Part shown: in pieces, positions 61,148-64,000 of the stretch
Layout: every line of letters starts with the position of its first letter
Numbering within the stretch: the stretch's first letter is position 1
Assembly: GCA_964291395.2 (NCBI GenBank)
Contig: OZ219858.1
Location: forward strand, 1,120,001-1,184,000
Reading direction: 5' to 3'
DNA: 64,000 nt
From: Alphaproteobacteria bacterium
GTDB taxonomy: Bacteria > Pseudomonadota > Alphaproteobacteria > UBA2966
The notes under the pieces: model-generated
The model's input: only the letters and a program-made list of their open reading frames with translations
Database searches by the model: none
What the model was told of the DNA's origin: nothing
Position numbers and translations under genes: made by a program

Positions 61148-61813
61148 GTGACCCTGATGTCAGAAACCCGGACCGACTCTCCAGCCGCAGCCCGCCGACA
61201 ATCCGTTCGGGCGTTCAAGAAATCCGCAATCCTCGACGCCGCTCAGCGCACCTTGGACCGCGACGGCATCGAAGGTGCGACCATGCGGGCCATCGCCAAG
61301 GAAGCGGGCTATACGCCGGGCGCTCTTTACGCCTACTACCCGAACAAGGACGACGTTCTCGCCGGCCTCTTGTGCCGGTCGCTCGGCCGGGTCTCGCGGA
61401 CCATCCGGCACGCCTTGGAGAAACGCGGCCGAGGTCCTGCGGATCCGGTCGAACTGGCGTCCTTGCTCAGTGCCCACTACCGGCGGGAGACGGGAGAATT
61501 CGACCTGCTTCTCACGGTTCTTCAGTCCCGGCGGATCAACCGCCTGTCGCCCGGCATGGCCCGCGCTTTGAACGGCAGACTGATCGCCGCCCTTTCGCCC
61601 ATTGCCGAAGCGCTGGAGGCCGCGGGCCGGTGGAAGGCACGGCCCGCCGGCGAGGCGACAACTCAGGCGGCGGGCCTGGCGTTGGGCATCTTGCTGTTGG
61701 AAAACTCGAGGCGCCTTTCCGCCCTGGGGATGGATGGCGTTTCCCTGACCGCCGCCGGTTTCGCCACGTTGCTTTCTCGGGAATCGCCGCGATCGGCGAC
61801 GTCGGAGCCGTGA
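61148..61813 (+). CDS. TetR family regulator
   Basis: ILDAA...ATMRAIAKEAGYTPGALYAYYPNKDD. Confidence 0.9.
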   Translation: MTLMSETRTDSPAAARRQSVRAFKKSAILDAAQRTLDRDGIEGATMRAIAKEAGYTPGALYAYYPNKDDVLAGLLCRSLGRVSRTIRHALEKRGRGPADPVELASLLSAHYRRETGEFDLLLTVLQSRRINRLSPGMARALNGRLIAALSPIAEALEAAGRWKARPAGEATTQAAGLALGILLLENSRRLSALGMDGVSLTAAGFATLLSRESPRSATSEP

Positions 61814-61914
61814 AATAGCCCACTGATGCCGGTCCGGTACGCTGCGCCGCCCCATATCGGACACGGTGGGGAGAGGAATGCATGAGACGATCGTGGACGG
61901 CCTTTGTTCCACGC

Positions 61915-64000
61915 TCACGCCGGATAAAGACGACGCCCTTCGGAGATCAGGGTCCGCAGGTAATCGGGCGGATCGAACCTCGGGCCGTGGGTTGCGGCCA
62001 GCGCCTCGCAGTCGGACACGAATGTCTCGACACCCACCGTATGAACCATGGACAGAACGCCGCCCAGATGCGCCGGGAACCCCCACCCGAGAATCGACGC
62101 GACGTCGGCGTCCTCCGGCCCCGACACGACACCTTCCTCAAGGCAGCGCGCGGCTTCCAGCCCTTGCACGAAGAGCAGGCGTTTCTTCACCGCCTCGGTA
62201 TCGGTCTGGAATGCGGCCCGTGGGTAGATATCGCTCAATCCCGGCCACAGGCGCTTGCGGCCGTCCTCGGGGTAGTCGTAGAAGCCCTTTCCCGCCTTTC
62301 TCCCCGGACGCCTCAACCGTTCAACGAAGGTCTGGATGACGGCGTCGCCGCTCCGCTCGACGAAATCATCACCCAGTGCCATCTTCGTCTGGTTGAGAAT
62401 GCGGTGCTCCAACTCCAGCGAGACCTCGTCCGAGAGCGCCAGGGGACCGATCGGCAGCCCCGCCAGTTTTGCCGCGTTTTCAATGAGCGCCGGAATCACG
62501 CCCTCCGCGAGAAGCGTACGTCCCTCGTTGAGGTAGGTATTGATGACCCGGCTCGTGAAGAAACCGCGCGAGTCGTTCACGAGAATCGGGGTCTTGCGGA
62601 GTTGCCTGGACAAGTCCATCGCGGCGGCGACCGTATCGTCGGACGTCCTCTCCGCCCGGATCACCTCGACGAGTTTCATGCGCTCGGCGGGAGAAAAGAA
62701 ATGCATGCCGACGAACCGTTCGGGACGAACGCTCGCCTCCGCCAGTCCCGCGATGGGAAGCGTCGACGTGTTCGATGCGAAGAAACCGTCCTCGCCGACG
62801 GCTGCCTCGGCCTCGGCGATGACGTCGACCTTGACGGCCCGATCTTCGAACACGGCTTCGATGACGAGTTCACAGCCTGCGAGCGGGGCGAAATCGCTCG
62901 TCGGCGAGATCCTCTGGAGTGCCCGGTCCCGCTCGGCTCGCGTCATTCGGCCACGGGTGACGTTCCTGTCGAAAACGCCCCCGCTGTAGGCTTTTCCCTC
63001 GTCCGCCAGGTCCGGCGTGGTATCCACCAGCACCACCTCGAGGCCAGCCTCGGCCGCCGCGCAGGCGATCCCCGATCCCATCATGCCGGCGCCCAGTATA
63101 CCGATCTTCGTGAAGGTTCGACGCTCGACGTCCCTGGGCCGGCGTTTAAGCCGGTTGGCGTCCCCCATGCTGAAGAACAACGACCGGATCATGTTCTGTG
63201 CCGCATCCCCCGCGGCAAGATGCGCGAACTGGCGCGCTTCGATCTTCAACCCCGTGTCGATCTCGACCTGACACCCTTCGTAGACGCACGACATGATGGC
63301 GAGGGGCGCCGGGTAGTTGCCCCGCGTCTTTTCGCGCATCCTGGCGATGCCCGGTACCAGCAGCATGTAGCCCTCCGGACTCTGCACCCGAGGGCCCGGC
63401 ATCGCGAATCCGCGCTGGTCCCACGGCTTGACGGCATTGCCGTCCTCCTGCAGCCACTTTCTGGCGGCATCCAACAACCCGTCCGACGGGACCACCGCGT
63501 CGACGAGTCCCGCCTCCAGCGCTTCCGCCGGGCTGTGGCGCGTCCCTTCCAGCAATGGGGGCAACGCCTTCGCGATCCCTATCATCCGCGGCAGGCGCTG
63601 TGTCCCACCAGAGCCCGGCAACAACCCGATCGAGACCTCCGGCAGGCCTATCTGCGAACGCGGGTTGTCCGCCGCGACGCGGTAATGACACGCAAGGCAG
63701 AACTCGAATCCGCCACCGAGCGCCGTACCGTTGATGGCGGCGACGAACGGTTTGCCGCCCGTCTCGATGTCGCGCCATATCTGCTGGAGCTGACGGCACC
63801 GACCCATGTGCACCCGAGGGTCGCGCTCCCCTAAAAGAACGGTCAGGTCGGCGCCGGCCATGAAGTCGTTCTTCCGCGACGTCACGATCGCGCCGCTCAC
63901 GGCTTCGTCGAAAATCGCCCGCCGGACCGCTTCGCCAATGGCCTCCGCCGATTCGTCGTTCAGAACGTTCATCGGCCGATCGGCCATATCGAGGGCAATG
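61915..64000 (-). CDS. Fatty-acid oxidation multifunctional enoyl-CoA hydratase / 3-hydroxyacyl-CoA dehydrogenase (FadJ/FadB-like), 5' end off window
   Basis: FMAGAD, NGTALGGGFE, GLPEV..GLLPG.GGTQRL, GAGMMG, ASNTSTL, GMHFFSP. Confidence 0.93.
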   Translation of the reverse strand, partial: IALDMADRPMNVLNDESAEAIGEAVRRAIFDEAVSGAIVTSRKNDFMAGADLTVLLGERDPRVHMGRCRQLQQIWRDIETGGKPFVAAINGTALGGGFEFCLACHYRVAADNPRSQIGLPEVSIGLLPGSGGTQRLPRMIGIAKALPPLLEGTRHSPAEALEAGLVDAVVPSDGLLDAARKWLQEDGNAVKPWDQRGFAMPGPRVQSPEGYMLLVPGIARMREKTRGNYPAPLAIMSCVYEGCQVEIDTGLKIEARQFAHLAAGDAAQNMIRSLFFSMGDANRLKRRPRDVERRTFTKIGILGAGMMGSGIACAAAEAGLEVVLVDTTPDLADEGKAYSGGVFDRNVTRGRMTRAERDRALQRISPTSDFAPLAGCELVIEAVFEDRAVKVDVIAEAEAAVGEDGFFASNTSTLPIAGLAEASVRPERFVGMHFFSPAERMKLVEVIRAERTSDDTVAAAMDLSRQLRKTPILVNDSRGFFTSRVINTYLNEGRTLLAEGVIPALIENAAKLAGLPIGPLALSDEVSLELEHRILNQTKMALGDDFVERSGDAVIQTFVERLRRPGRKAGKGFYDYPEDGRKRLWPGLSDIYPRAAFQTDTEAVKKRLLFVQGLEAARCLEEGVVSGPEDADVASILGWGFPAHLGGVLSMVHTVGVETFVSDCEALAATHGPRFDPPDYLRTLISEGRRLYPA

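Noticed and set aside
61882-63834. 650-aa + strand ORF
   Set aside because: Antisense shadow of the FadJ-like gene.
1-64000. tRNA, rRNA, CRISPR arrays, intact transposases, defence systems
   Set aside because: None recognisable by eye; a covariance-model scan would be needed to exclude small RNAs or riboswitches.

Overview
GC-rich, probably alphaproteobacterial window (taxonomy inferred from hut/azt/zur gene styles). About 1-34 kb is an accessory catabolic island. It carries TRAP, Dpp-type and Ssu/Tau-type transporters, two acetoacetate-decarboxylase-like proteins lacking the catalytic Lys, an OYE/DgcA-StcD-like flavoenzyme, several amidohydrolases, two cupins, a CoA ligase, FAD and GMC oxidoreductases, a methyltransferase and a Rieske fusion protein. 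It is littered with IS21, IS481, IS256, IS5-like and integrase remnants and shows a duplicated module with reciprocal gene decay. About 35-42 kb is a hut cluster (hutC, hutF, hutI, hutU) with no canonical hutH or hutG. Instead it has a histidine-ammonia-lyase homologue that lacks the MIO-forming Ala-Ser-Gly motif, a candidate hercynine/betaine trimethylammonia-lyase and the top finding. About 42-49 kb is a Zur-controlled zinc locus (folE, zur, aztABC, COG0523, WD40, DUF1289). The rest is ordinary metabolism (LLM operon, Lrp, mmsA, ald, Rieske oxygenase, haloalkane dehalogenase, TetR, FadJ-like). No rRNA, tRNA or CRISPR array was seen. All calls come from reading motifs by eye; no database search was run.
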